A DNA stretch of 24,000 bases from Christensenellaceae bacterium (lineage in GTDB: Bacteria > Bacillota > Clostridia > Christensenellales > CAG-138). The notes under the pieces were generated by a model. That model was given only the letters and a program-made list of their open reading frames with translations, was not told the origin of the DNA and searched no databases. Within the stretch, counting starts at the first letter, position 1. Each line of letters starts with the position of its first letter. A program made the position numbers and the translations under genes. Below, piece by piece: positions 15,795 to 23,936 of this stretch. The DNA lies in assembly GCA_963665375.2 (NCBI GenBank), contig CAXXUL010000001.1, forward strand, positions 613,938-637,937, in the 5' to 3' direction.

Positions 15795-15830
15795 CTTGCT
15801 CGACTCAACGGAAAGCGGGGGTATTTGATT

Positions 15831-17027
15831 ATGCGCATTTTTTGCACATCAGAGCGGCACGCAAACGGCGGCCCGGGTGAATTTATTCTTTCGCGCGCAG
15901 AAGATGCGCTGAACCATCTGCTTGACTCCTATCGGGGCCGCGTGCAGGTGGTCTATTTGGACCCGCCGTTTGGAACCGGAGACGTGTTTCACAGCAAAGT
16001 CGGCGCGGGTCATGCGCGGCTGTCGCTGCCGACGTATACGGACACGATGGAAGAATCCGCCTATCTCGATTGGATGCGGGTCATACTCTCTGGTGCGCGC
16101 GAGCTGCTCTGCGAGAGCGGGTCGCTATATCTGCACATCGACTATCGCATGAGCGCGAAACTCCGCTTGATGCTGGATGAGCTCTTCGGCGAACAAAACT
16201 TCATGAACGAAATCGTCTGGTGCTATAAATCCGGCGGTCGAGCGACGCGGTATTATCCGCGCAAGCACGACACGATTCTCTTCTATCGCAAGAGCGCAAA
16301 GGTGTTTTTTGACATCTCCGCTGTCGGTCGCCCGCGCGGGCCGGAGAAACGGAACCATATGCGCCGCTTTATCGACGAAGACGGGCGAATCTGCTTTACC
16401 ATCCGTTCGGCGGGAAAAATCTACACCTATTATGAGGACACACCGGTATACCCGAGCGACGTTTGGGACGACATCGAGCACCTGCAGCAGAAGGATACGG
16501 AGCGCGTCGGCTACGCCACGCAAAAGCCGGAGGCGCTGCTGGGTCGCGTCATTCTCGCGTCTTCCCGTCCCGGCGATCTCGTCTGCGATCTGTTTTCCGG
16601 CAGCGGGACAACGGCTGCCGCCGCAAGCAAGCTCGGCAGGCGGTTTCTCGCCGTGGACGCATCTCCCATCGCGCTCTATACGCTCCGTGCGCGCCAGCTC
16701 AAGGCGATGAGCGCAAAATCGTTTCTCGAAGGAGAAAACGAATTGTTGCTGTATTACCCGGCGGATGAAGCCCCCGCGCAGATTTCGGCAAAGATCGTAA
16801 ATCAGCGCGGAAAGCGGATGCTGCAGATCGATGAAGCGTCCTTCTCTCCCGCCTATCCGCTTGTCTATGCGGCCGCGGGAACCGTGTTGAGCGGCGTTTT
16901 CACGCCGGTTTCCACCGACTGCCGCCCAAAGATGCCTTTGTCTCTGCCCGTTGGTGAGATCGAGCATCCTGTTGCACAGATTGTGGACGCAGTCGGGCAC
17001 ACCGCGTTTTTTGAACTGGAATCATGA
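15831..17027 (+). CDS. Beta-class (N6-adenine or N4-cytosine) DNA methyltransferase, N6_N4_Mtase family, with no adjacent endonuclease
   Basis: The motif order is IV then I. The catalytic motif is VVYLDPPFGTG. It is followed by LYLHIDYRMSAKLRLMLDELFGEQNFMNEIVWCY, YATQKPEALLGRVI and the SAM-binding DLFSGSGTTAAAASKLGRRFLAVD. About 110 aa after motif I have no recognisable motif. The ATG at 15831 is preferred to the TTG at 15825. Confidence 0.85.
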   Translation: MRIFCTSERHANGGPGEFILSRAEDALNHLLDSYRGRVQVVYLDPPFGTGDVFHSKVGAGHARLSLPTYTDTMEESAYLDWMRVILSGARELLCESGSLYLHIDYRMSAKLRLMLDELFGEQNFMNEIVWCYKSGGRATRYYPRKHDTILFYRKSAKVFFDISAVGRPRGPEKRNHMRRFIDEDGRICFTIRSAGKIYTYYEDTPVYPSDVWDDIEHLQQKDTERVGYATQKPEALLGRVILASSRPGDLVCDLFSGSGTTAAAASKLGRRFLAVDASPIALYTLRARQLKAMSAKSFLEGENELLLYYPADEAPAQISAKIVNQRGKRMLQIDEASFSPAYPLVYAAAGTVLSGVFTPVSTDCRPKMPLSLPVGEIEHPVAQIVDAVGHTAFFELES

Positions 17028-17052
17028 TAGAAATAGGATTGAGGAGCGACTG

Positions 17053-17424
17053 ATGAGAGACTGGATCAACGACTATTGCCGACAGATGCGTGCCACCGAA
17101 GAGGAGTATAAAGCCGCATGGAACGCGACGCTCTACCGCGTCGGCGGCAAGATATTCGTGATGCTCTGCGAATACAAAGATGGAAGACCGCTGCTAACCG
17201 TCAAATTGGAGCCCGCGTTTTCCGAAATTTTGCGTGCGCAATTTCCCGGAAACATCATCCCCGGCTACTACTCGGATAAAACGCATTGGAGTTCGCTGTT
17301 TCTCGATAGCAGCGTACCGGACGACGTCGCGCGCGCCATGCTGGACAACGCATATCAAACAACATTCGCAACGCTCACGAAAAAAATACAAGCACAGATT
17401 CTCGAACACTCGTCTGTTGAATGA
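17053..17424 (+). CDS. MmcQ/YjbR-family predicted DNA-binding protein
   Basis: The 123-aa product has WNATLYRVGGKIFVMLCEYKDGRPLLTVKLEP...IIPGYYSDKTHWSSLFLD...L, the characteristic YjbR pattern. A GAGGAG Shine-Dalgarno lies 6 nt upstream. The start is 25 nt after the methyltransferase stop. Confidence 0.75.
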   Translation: MRDWINDYCRQMRATEEEYKAAWNATLYRVGGKIFVMLCEYKDGRPLLTVKLEPAFSEILRAQFPGNIIPGYYSDKTHWSSLFLDSSVPDDVARAMLDNAYQTTFATLTKKIQAQILEHSSVE

Positions 17425-17432
17425 CTCTGTTA

Positions 17433-17507
17433 TCTTATCAATCGAGCGCAATTCTATCGAATAACGAGCGACTATTCCGTCTGATCAATAGAGCACAATT
17501 CTATCGA
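17433..17507 (+). repeat. Two 28-bp direct repeats (25/28 identical) with 47-bp periodicity in the yjbR-membrane gene spacer
   Basis: TCTTATCAATCGAGCGCAATTCTATCGA (17433-17460) matches TCTGATCAATAGAGCACAATTCTATCGA (17480-17507). Both were read directly from the sequence. Confidence 0.6.
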
Positions 17508-17598
17508 CAGTCTATTTTTCTGAAAGAGTTTTATAACGCTTCATGATAAGTTCACGTTTCATCAAAATGGAATATGGCAATCTGTTCAGCTTTTTAGT

Positions 17599-18741
17599 AT
17601 GATTTCATTGATGGATAATATGACACAACAAACAGCGCCGAACGGCGCAGCCGCTGCCCCGAACGGGGAGAGCAAGAAGAGCAGTAAAAAGCTGCGTCTC
17701 ATCAGCACATTATTCATGTTGCTGTTGATCGCAGTTACGCTCTATATCATCTTCCGCGACACGTCGCTGACGAAGTTCTGGTCTTCTGTACAGTCGTCCG
17801 ACCCGCTCTGGCTGCTCGCGGCGCTGGGAGCAGCGGTCTTCGCCTCGCTGATGTTCGGCGTCGCGCTGCACTTGGCACTGCGCGTGCTTTATGGTAAACC
17901 GATCTCGCTAATGCGCAACATCGGCTTTGGCTACATCGGTCAATACTATACCGCGGTGACACCCGCGGGCGTAGCCGGGCAGCCAATGCAGCTCTACTAT
18001 ATGCTGGCGTACGGCGTAGAGGTTTCGTTTGCGTCGCTTGCGTTGCTGTTGGTCAACGCGGCGCATCAGCTCGTCGTGCTGTTGATTCCGACCGTGCTGT
18101 TTCCGTTTCGCGCGGGACTGATCCTCGAAAACCTCGGCGCGTTCCTCTGGCTGTTTATTCTGGGGTCGCTGATCAATATCGGACTCATCCTGTTCCTGCT
18201 CTTTGCGATGTTTTCCAAAAACTTCGCCGGGCGCATCGTTCACAAGGTGATTTCAATCTTGACCAAACTCCACATCGTGAAGCATCCGGAGCGGATTGAG
18301 AAGCGCGTTTCCGAACAGATCGCACTCTATCAGAAGGGCGCGGAGGTCTTCAAGACGCACAAGTGGCTGCTCTTCGGCGAGCTGTTCTCCTACATCCTGC
18401 TGCTTGGGTCCCAGTTTGTGATTCCATATTTTATCTACCGCGCGTTCCACCTTACGGCGTTTGGCATGATCGATTTCATCGCGCTGCAGTCGGTGCTCTA
18501 CCTCGCGGTATGTTTCCTGCCGATTCCGGGTTCAGCCGGCGCGAGCGAAAGCGGTTTTGTCCAGCTTTTCCGGGTACTGTTTCAGAGTGCGCTCATCGTC
18601 CCCGCGATGCTGCTCAGCCGCGTTGCCAGCTTCTACTTCATCCTGATTCTCAGCGGTGCGGTTTCGCTCGCCATGCAGCTCGTGCTCTCCTATCGAAAGA
18701 AGCATCAGCCAAAGTTAATCGAGCCGTATGTCATCGAATAA
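17599..18741 (+). CDS. Flippase-like / lysylphosphatidylglycerol-synthase TM-domain family membrane protein (UPF0104-like)
   Basis: The product is a polytopic membrane protein of about 8 hydrophobic segments with a basic N-terminal KKSSKKLR stretch. It contains a YYTAVTPAGVAGQPMQLYYM block resembling the conserved TPxxxGGxxxQ motif of this family. The start is uncertain (ATG at 17599, 17611 or 17620) and no strong Shine-Dalgarno is present. Confidence 0.65.
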   Translation: MISLMDNMTQQTAPNGAAAAPNGESKKSSKKLRLISTLFMLLLIAVTLYIIFRDTSLTKFWSSVQSSDPLWLLAALGAAVFASLMFGVALHLALRVLYGKPISLMRNIGFGYIGQYYTAVTPAGVAGQPMQLYYMLAYGVEVSFASLALLLVNAAHQLVVLLIPTVLFPFRAGLILENLGAFLWLFILGSLINIGLILFLLFAMFSKNFAGRIVHKVISILTKLHIVKHPERIEKRVSEQIALYQKGAEVFKTHKWLLFGELFSYILLLGSQFVIPYFIYRAFHLTAFGMIDFIALQSVLYLAVCFLPIPGSAGASESGFVQLFRVLFQSALIVPAMLLSRVASFYFILILSGAVSLAMQLVLSYRKKHQPKLIEPYVIE

Positions 18742-18778
18742 CTTCGCTTCTCCAATTATAATCCAATTACAATCAAAA

Positions 18779-18808
18779 CAGCCTCCCGGACATGCGTTCA
18801 GGAGGCTG
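18779..18808. terminator. Shared terminator hairpin between the convergent membrane-protein gene and dnaJ
   Basis: CAGCCTCC (18779-86) pairs with GGAGGCTG (18801-08). On the minus strand the stem is followed by TTTTGATTG, and on the plus strand by CTTTATACGTTT. Confidence 0.6.
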
Positions 18809-18844
18809 CTTTATACGTTTACACCGATATATGGCGAAGATCGC

Positions 18845-19975
18845 TTAAAACCGTTTCTTCTTGCTCGATCGTACTTCGCCGTTTTCGCCAAGCGTCTCCG
18901 CGAGCTGCTCAAGCAGTCTTCTCTGCTCATCCGTCAGGTGCTTGGGCACCTCAACGTTTACGGTAACGAGCAAATCGCCCTTACCACTCGCGTTAAGCCG
19001 CTGGATGCCCTGCTCACGAAGCCGATAGGTAGAACCCGTCTGCGTTCCCGCGGGAATTTGATACTTCACGCTTTCCTTCAGCGTCGGTACCGTGAGGCTT
19101 CCGCCCAGCGCCGCCATGGTGTAGGTTATCGGCATTTGCAGGTAGAGGTCAAATCCCTTCCTCGTGAACTGCTTGTGAGAGCGTACGCTGATGGTCACGT
19201 ACAGGTCTCCGTTCGGCCCGCCTCTGTGCCCTGCGCTGCCCATGCCGCGCAGGCAGAGGCTCTGGCCATTGTCGATCCCCGCGGGAATCTTCACCGTCTT
19301 TTTCAGATTCTTGCGAACACGTCCGGAACCGCGGCAATCCGCACATGGGTCCGCGATCACTTTACCGGTACCTTTGCAGGCCGTGCAGGGCCGCGTTGAC
19401 GTAAATGAGCCGAGAATCGTGCTCTGCTGTGTGCGAACTTGTCCCGTACCGCCGCATGTCTTGCAGGTGACCGGTTCGGTGCCGGGTTTCGCGCCGGAAC
19501 CATGACATGTTTCGCAGGTTTCCTCGCGCGGAATCGTGATCTCTTTTTCGACCCCAAACGCCGCTTCTTCAAACGAAATCGTGAGGTTATAGCGTAGATC
19601 GTCTCCCGGGATCGGGCCGTTGCGCGTCTGTCCGCCGCCAAAACCGCCGAACCCACCGCCAAACATCTGGCCCAGAATATCGCCAAAATCGCCAAAGCCG
19701 CCAAATCCCGCGCCGCCGCTGAACGGATCCTGTCCGCCCATGCTGGGATCGAAAGCCGCGTGACCGTACTGGTCGTATTTGGCGCGCTTGTCCGCGTCGG
19801 AGAGAATCTCCGCAGCTTCGTTCAGTTCCTTAAACTCCGCTTCCTTGGCCTTGTCGCCAGGATGCAAATCGGGGTGGCACTCCTTCGCTTTTTTACGGAA
19901 CGCGCTTTTGATTTCGCTCTCCGTTGCGGTCTTACTCACACCCAGTATTTCGTAATAATCGCGTTTTTCTGCCAA
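18845..19975 (-). CDS. dnaJ: Molecular chaperone DnaJ
   Basis: The J domain reads DYYEILGVSKTATESEIKSAFRKKAKECHPD. It is followed by a Gly/Phe-rich linker and four CxxCxGxG zinc-finger repeats (CETCHGSG, CKTCGGTG, CTACKGTG, CADCRGSG). The TTG start at 19975 has an AGAGGTGA Shine-Dalgarno 6 nt upstream. Confidence 0.95.
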   Translation of the reverse strand: MAEKRDYYEILGVSKTATESEIKSAFRKKAKECHPDLHPGDKAKEAEFKELNEAAEILSDADKRAKYDQYGHAAFDPSMGGQDPFSGGAGFGGFGDFGDILGQMFGGGFGGFGGGQTRNGPIPGDDLRYNLTISFEEAAFGVEKEITIPREETCETCHGSGAKPGTEPVTCKTCGGTGQVRTQQSTILGSFTSTRPCTACKGTGKVIADPCADCRGSGRVRKNLKKTVKIPAGIDNGQSLCLRGMGSAGHRGGPNGDLYVTISVRSHKQFTRKGFDLYLQMPITYTMAALGGSLTVPTLKESVKYQIPAGTQTGSTYRLREQGIQRLNASGKGDLLVTVNVEVPKHLTDEQRRLLEQLAETLGENGEVRSSKKKRF

Positions 19976-20058
19976 CGCCCGTCACCTCTCTGCCGAAAGC
20001 GCATTTTGATCGTTCGCTTTCCGTTTCAACTATTTTGAATCGATGATGATTCCGACAA

Positions 20059-20086
20059 GGAGGCGCAAGCCTTTTGTTGCGCCTCC
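20059..20086 (-). other. 10-bp GC-rich stem-loop between dnaK and dnaJ (possible partial terminator or processing site)
   Basis: GGAGGCGCAA (20059-68) pairs with TTGCGCCTCC (20077-86) across an 8-nt loop. No U-tract follows on the minus strand. Confidence 0.4.
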
Positions 20087-20122
20087 CTGTTGTTATGATA
20101 TTGATTTTTTTCGTTCTGTCAA

Positions 20123-21973
20123 TTACTTGTTGTCGTCGACAACTTCGTAATCCGCGTCCACTACGTCGTCCTTGCCCTGATTGCCGGCATCGGAGTAGCC
20201 GCCCTGCGCGCCTGCGTCATATTCCGCGCCGCCCGCCTGCTGCTGCGCCTGCTCATAGACTTTGCCAAACACACTGTAGCTGACTTCGGTGAGCTTTTCC
20301 GTCGCGGTCTTGATCATCTCCATGTCGCCGCCTTCCAGCGTCTTCTTGAGGTCGGCAATCGATTTCTCGATCTGATCTTTGCCGGAGGCGTCGATCTTGT
20401 CGCCCATCTCTTTCAGGCTGCGCTCGGTGGTGTAGATCAGTTGATCAGCGTGGTTCCTCGTCTCGACCTCGTCCTTGCGCTTCTTATCTTCGTCCGCGAA
20501 TTTCTCCGCTTCGTTGACCGCGCGTTTGATTTCGTCCTCGTTGAGGTTCGTAGAAGCCGTGATGGTCACGTTCTGCTGGTTGCCCGTGCCGAGGTCTTTT
20601 GCGGAAACATGCACGATGCCGTTTGCGTCGATATCGAAGGAAACCTCAATCTGCGGTACGCCGCGCGGTGCCGGCGCGATGCCGGTGAGCTGGAAGCGGC
20701 CCAGGGTCTTATTGCCCTGTACCATTCCGCGCTCGCCCTGGAGCACGTGGACTTCTACGCTGGTCTGTCCATCCGCCGCAGTGGAGAAGATTTGGCTCTT
20801 CTTCGTGGGGATGGTGGTGTTGCGCTCAATGAGCTTCGTGAACACGCCGCCAACGGTCTCAATGCCGAGGGAAAGCGGAGTGACGTCCAGAAGCAGGATG
20901 TCCTTGACTTCGCCGCCGAGCACACCGCCCTGAATCGCGGCTCCGATGGCGACGCATTCATCCGGGTTGATGCCCTTGAATGGGTCTTTGCCGGTGACCT
21001 TCTTGACCATATCCTGCACCACCGGGATACGGGACGAACCGCCGACGAGGATGACCTTGTCCACCTGAGAGGCGGAGAGTCCCGCGTCGCTCAAGCACTT
21101 CTGCATGAGGGTTCTGGTCTGCTCCACATAGTCGTTGATCAGCTCGTTGAACTTCGCACGGGTGATGGTGATATCAAGGTGCTTCGGTCCCGACTTGTCC
21201 ATCGTGATAAACGGCAGGTTGATCGTGGTCTGCGCAACGCCGGATAGGTCGATCTTCGCTTTTTCTGCGGCTTCTTTCAAGCGCTGAAGCGCCATCTTGT
21301 CCTGTCTCAGGTCAATGCCGCTGCTCTTCTTAAAGTCGTCGGCGATGTAATCCATGATCAGTTGATCAAAGTCGTCGCCGCCGAGACGGTTGTTGCCCGC
21401 GGTTGCGAGAACCTGGAACACGCCGTCGCCAATCTCGAGGATCGAGACGTCAAACGTACCGCCGCCGAGGTCGTAAACCAGAATCTTCTGGTTGTTTTCT
21501 TTATCCATGCCGTAGGCGAGCGCTGCCGCCGTCGGCTCATTGATGATGCGCAGGACTTCGAGTCCCGCAATGCGCCCCGCGTCCTTCGTCGCCTGGCGCT
21601 GGCTGTCCGTAAAATACGCCGGAACGGTAATGACCGCCTGCGTCACGGTTTCGCCTAGATACGCTTCCGCGTCGGTCTTGAGTTTTTGCAGAATCATCGC
21701 GGAGATTTCCTGCGGGGTGTAGTCTTTACCCTCGATATGCACCTTGCGGGAAGAACCCATGTCGCGCTTGATCGACGCAATGGTGCGGTCGGGGTTGGTG
21801 ATGGCCTGGCGCTTTGCAATGTTGCCTACCATGCGCTCACCGTCTTTAAACGCAACCACGGATGGCGTGGTGCGCATGCCTTCGGAATTCGGGATGACGA
21901 CCGGTTCGCCGCCTTCCAGGAAAGCGACGCAAGAGTTCGTTGTGCCGAGGTCGATGCCAATAATTTTACCCAT
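20123..21973 (-). CDS. dnaK: Molecular chaperone DnaK (Hsp70)
   Basis: [43 protein letters not shown] and the C-terminal substrate-binding and lid domains are present. A GGAGGA Shine-Dalgarno lies upstream. Confidence 0.97.
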   Translation of the reverse strand: MGKIIGIDLGTTNSCVAFLEGGEPVVIPNSEGMRTTPSVVAFKDGERMVGNIAKRQAITNPDRTIASIKRDMGSSRKVHIEGKDYTPQEISAMILQKLKTDAEAYLGETVTQAVITVPAYFTDSQRQATKDAGRIAGLEVLRIINEPTAAALAYGMDKENNQKILVYDLGGGTFDVSILEIGDGVFQVLATAGNNRLGGDDFDQLIMDYIADDFKKSSGIDLRQDKMALQRLKEAAEKAKIDLSGVAQTTINLPFITMDKSGPKHLDITITRAKFNELINDYVEQTRTLMQKCLSDAGLSASQVDKVILVGGSSRIPVVQDMVKKVTGKDPFKGINPDECVAIGAAIQGGVLGGEVKDILLLDVTPLSLGIETVGGVFTKLIERNTTIPTKKSQIFSTAADGQTSVEVHVLQGERGMVQGNKTLGRFQLTGIAPAPRGVPQIEVSFDIDANGIVHVSAKDLGTGNQQNVTITASTNLNEDEIKRAVNEAEKFADEDKKRKDEVETRNHADQLIYTTERSLKEMGDKIDASGKDQIEKSIADLKKTLEGGDMEMIKTATEKLTEVSYSVFGKVYEQAQQQAGGAEYDAGAQGGYSDAGNQGKDDVVDADYEVVDDNK

Positions 21974-22050
21974 AAATCATATCCTCCAAGTATTCTATCA
22001 ATATATATTTCAAATTTTAAATTGAAATCTAAAATTCCAATTTCATACTG

Positions 22051-22077
22051 TTTGTTTCAACTTTCGCTTGAAACAAA
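22051..22077 (-). other. AU-rich 10-bp stem-loop immediately after the grpE stop codon
   Basis: TTTGTTTCAA (22051-60) pairs with TTGAAACAAA (22068-77) across a 7-nt loop. It lies in a 108-bp spacer that is only about one quarter G+C by hand count. Confidence 0.35.
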
Positions 22078-22081
22078 ATTC

Positions 22082-22669
22082 TTACTCCGCGACTTTTACC
22101 ATGCAGTGACGGATGACGCGGTCTCCCATGCGATACCCTTTTTGGAAGACAACCACGATATCGCCGCTTTCTTTGCCGTCCACTTTTTCTTTCATGACGG
22201 CTTCGTGCTTGGTGGGATCAAATTTGCAGTCGTCTTCGATCTCTTCCAAACCGAGTTTCTTCAGCGAATCGAGCATCTGGCGCTGCACCATCGCGATACC
22301 TTCGCGCAGGCTTGCGTTCTCTTCTGGGATTGCGTCCAGCGCACGCTCAAGATTGTCCAACGCGGGAAGGAGTTCCTTTACCGTGTCGCGCTTTCCCTCT
22401 TCATAACTATCGAGTCGAATGCTAGCGTTTCTGCGGCGGAAGTTATCGAAATCCGCCTGAATCCGCTGCAGAAGATTGACCGTTTCATCCTTCTCTTTTG
22501 TGATCGCTTCAATATGCGCTTTTGCCGCGGTAAATTCTTCCGCCGTGAGCGTATAGGATTCCTGTTCCGTCGCGGATTCTTCCACTACGGTCGATTCGGT
22601 CTTGGCGGTCTCTTCATCCGTCTTCATCTTCGAATCGACGGGTTCTTTTTTGTCAGTCTTCTTGGTCAA
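22082..22669 (-). CDS. grpE: Nucleotide exchange factor GrpE
   Basis: LQRIQADFDNFRRR, LLPALDNLERAL and the C-terminal FDPTKHEAVM...GYRMGDRVIRHCMVKV beta-domain are present. The start is assigned to TTG 22669, which has an AAGGAGA Shine-Dalgarno 8 nt upstream. TTG 22735 and ATG 22627 are alternatives without a Shine-Dalgarno. Confidence 0.85.
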   Translation of the reverse strand: MTKKTDKKEPVDSKMKTDEETAKTESTVVEESATEQESYTLTAEEFTAAKAHIEAITKEKDETVNLLQRIQADFDNFRRRNASIRLDSYEEGKRDTVKELLPALDNLERALDAIPEENASLREGIAMVQRQMLDSLKKLGLEEIEDDCKFDPTKHEAVMKEKVDGKESGDIVVVFQKGYRMGDRVIRHCMVKVAE

Positions 22670-22750
22670 TGTTCCAGTCTCCTTGTTCGTTCTCGCCCGG
22701 CGCAATTCGTCGGGTTTTTCTATGCAATCCTGCAAATCTGTTTGTATTGC

Positions 22751-23785
22751 TTATTCATCGTCCTGATCCGCGCTGAGCATCTCCGAGAGACTCATTCGCA
22801 TATACTCCAGAACGGAGATTACCTTGCTGTAGTTCATGCGCGTAGGGCCTATGATTCCGAAGGATCCAAGCGGCTCGTCGCCAACCTGATACGTCGCGGT
22901 CACGATACTGCAATCCTTAAACATCTCGTCCTGGTTCTCATTGCCAATCGTGATGGAAAACTCCAGCTTACTTGCACGCTTGAGCATCTCATAGAACATG
23001 CTTCTGCCTTCTACCGCGGCTAAAAACGTCTTTGCTTTGTTGACGTCGCTGTATTCAGGATAATGCAGCATGTTGGTCGCGCCCGAAAGCTGTACATTCG
23101 GAGATTCCGGCGCCATCTTGCGCTCGATGGCTTCCACCACGGAGCAGAGAAACGCGCGCCTCTCGTAGAGCTCTCCGCTCATTTCATGCGCGATGAGATC
23201 CCCGATTTGATCCATACGGCAATCGTAAAACCGCTCGGTCAAAAGCCTCGAGATGCGCTCCAACTCGTCGGTTCGGATCTCTTCCGGCACGCGGATGATC
23301 GCGTCTCTGGCAAATCCCGCCGTGGTCACGATGACCACGAGCGCGCGCCCTTCGCGCAGGGGAACGAGTTGAATATGGCGAAGCCTGTTTGCGGCGAGCG
23401 TCGGCGACATGACCATCGCGGTATAGTTGGTCACCGCGGAGAGCGCCTGCGCTGTTTGCTTCATAACGGACTCGACCTCGTCGATCTTCGAGCTCATATG
23501 TGCGCGGATGATCTTGATCTCGTCGTCGCTCAGGGCCGCTTTCTGCATCATCTGATCGACGTAGAGCCGATACGCCTTGTCCGAAGGAACGCGTCCCGCG
23601 GAGGTGTGCGGCTGCTCCAGATAGCCCAACTCTTCGAGATCCGCCATCTCGTTGCGGATGGTTGCGCTCGAGAGGTTGAACTCCTCATGCTTGCTGATGG
23701 CGCGGGAGCCGACCGGAGACGCGGACATGATGTATTCGTCGATAATCGCTTTCAGAATGCCAAGTTTTCTGGCGTCCAGTTCCAT
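22751..23785 (-). CDS. hrcA: Heat-inducible transcription repressor HrcA
   Basis: MELDARKLGILKAIIDEYIMSASPVGSRAISK... and ATIRNEMADLEELGYLEQPHTSAGRVPSDKAYRLYVD are canonical HrcA blocks. An AGGAGG Shine-Dalgarno lies upstream of the ATG at 23785. Confidence 0.92.
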   Translation of the reverse strand: MELDARKLGILKAIIDEYIMSASPVGSRAISKHEEFNLSSATIRNEMADLEELGYLEQPHTSAGRVPSDKAYRLYVDQMMQKAALSDDEIKIIRAHMSSKIDEVESVMKQTAQALSAVTNYTAMVMSPTLAANRLRHIQLVPLREGRALVVIVTTAGFARDAIIRVPEEIRTDELERISRLLTERFYDCRMDQIGDLIAHEMSGELYERRAFLCSVVEAIERKMAPESPNVQLSGATNMLHYPEYSDVNKAKTFLAAVEGRSMFYEMLKRASKLEFSITIGNENQDEMFKDCSIVTATYQVGDEPLGSFGIIGPTRMNYSKVISVLEYMRMSLSEMLSADQDDE

Positions 23786-23860
23786 GTTCCGCCGCCTCCT
23801 TTCATAAAAAACTTCGCGGTAAGTCGTGCTGCAACAGCTTGACAAACCGGAATTTTGTTG

Positions 23861-23887
23861 TTAGCACTCTATTTTGTCGAGTGCTAA
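23861..23887. promoter_or_regulatory. CIRCE operator (HrcA binding site), perfect consensus TTAGCACTC-N9-GAGTGCTAA
   Basis: TTAGCACTC (23861-69), tattttgtc, then GAGTGCTAA (23879-87), read directly from the sequence. It lies between the predicted promoter and the hrcA start. Confidence 0.92.
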
Positions 23888-23898
23888 CCCATGAGAAA

Positions 23899-23927
23899 AA
23901 TTTAGCACTTACGCGATTTGGTGTCAA
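23899..23927 (-). promoter_or_regulatory. Sigma-A-type promoter of the hrcA-grpE-dnaK-dnaJ operon (TTGACA-17 nt-TAAATT)
   Basis: The minus strand reads CTTAC-TTGACA-CCAAATCGCGTAAGTGC-TAAATT-TTTCTCATGGG-CIRCE. The -35 is at 23927..23922 and the -10 at 23904..23899. Confidence 0.6.
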
Positions 23928-23936
23928 GTAAGTGCT
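23904..23936. promoter_or_regulatory. Second, CIRCE-like 9-bp inverted repeat AGCACTTAC-N15-GTAAGTGCT spanning the -35 box and spacer
   Basis: The arms at 23904-12 and 23928-36 are perfectly complementary. They contain the CIRCE core hexamers AGCACT/AGTGCT. Confidence 0.4.

Noticed and set aside
16125-17000. A 291-aa minus-strand ORF antisense to the DNA methyltransferase gene
   Set aside because: The translation is Arg-rich and motif-free, while the opposite frame carries complete methyltransferase motifs.
17543-17602. A 19-codon upstream ORF (MISSRFIKMEYGNLFSFLV) whose stop overlaps the ATG at 17599
   Set aside because: It has no Shine-Dalgarno, the sequence is AT-rich so chance ORFs are expected, and the true start of the downstream gene is itself uncertain.
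20441-21247. A 268-aa plus-strand ORF antisense to dnaK
   Set aside because: Same reasoning as above. Antisense open frames opposite hsp70 genes are a classic artefact, and no start-site signals were seen.
21992-22000. An extended -10-like motif (TGATAGAAT on the minus strand) upstream of dnaK
   Set aside because: A transcript starting about 7 nt downstream would begin inside the dnaK Shine-Dalgarno (GGAGGA), and there is no -35. It is most likely just AT-rich spacer sequence.
21686-23023. A 445-aa plus-strand ORF running antisense across the dnaK start, the intergenic spacer, all of grpE and the end of hrcA
   Set aside because: The translation is low-complexity and Arg/Phe/Leu-rich (FFRRERIGFLFRRGFF...). 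It has no recognisable motif and no Shine-Dalgarno. It lies opposite three unambiguous conserved genes. Long stop-free antisense frames are a known by-product of codon bias in GC-rich genes.
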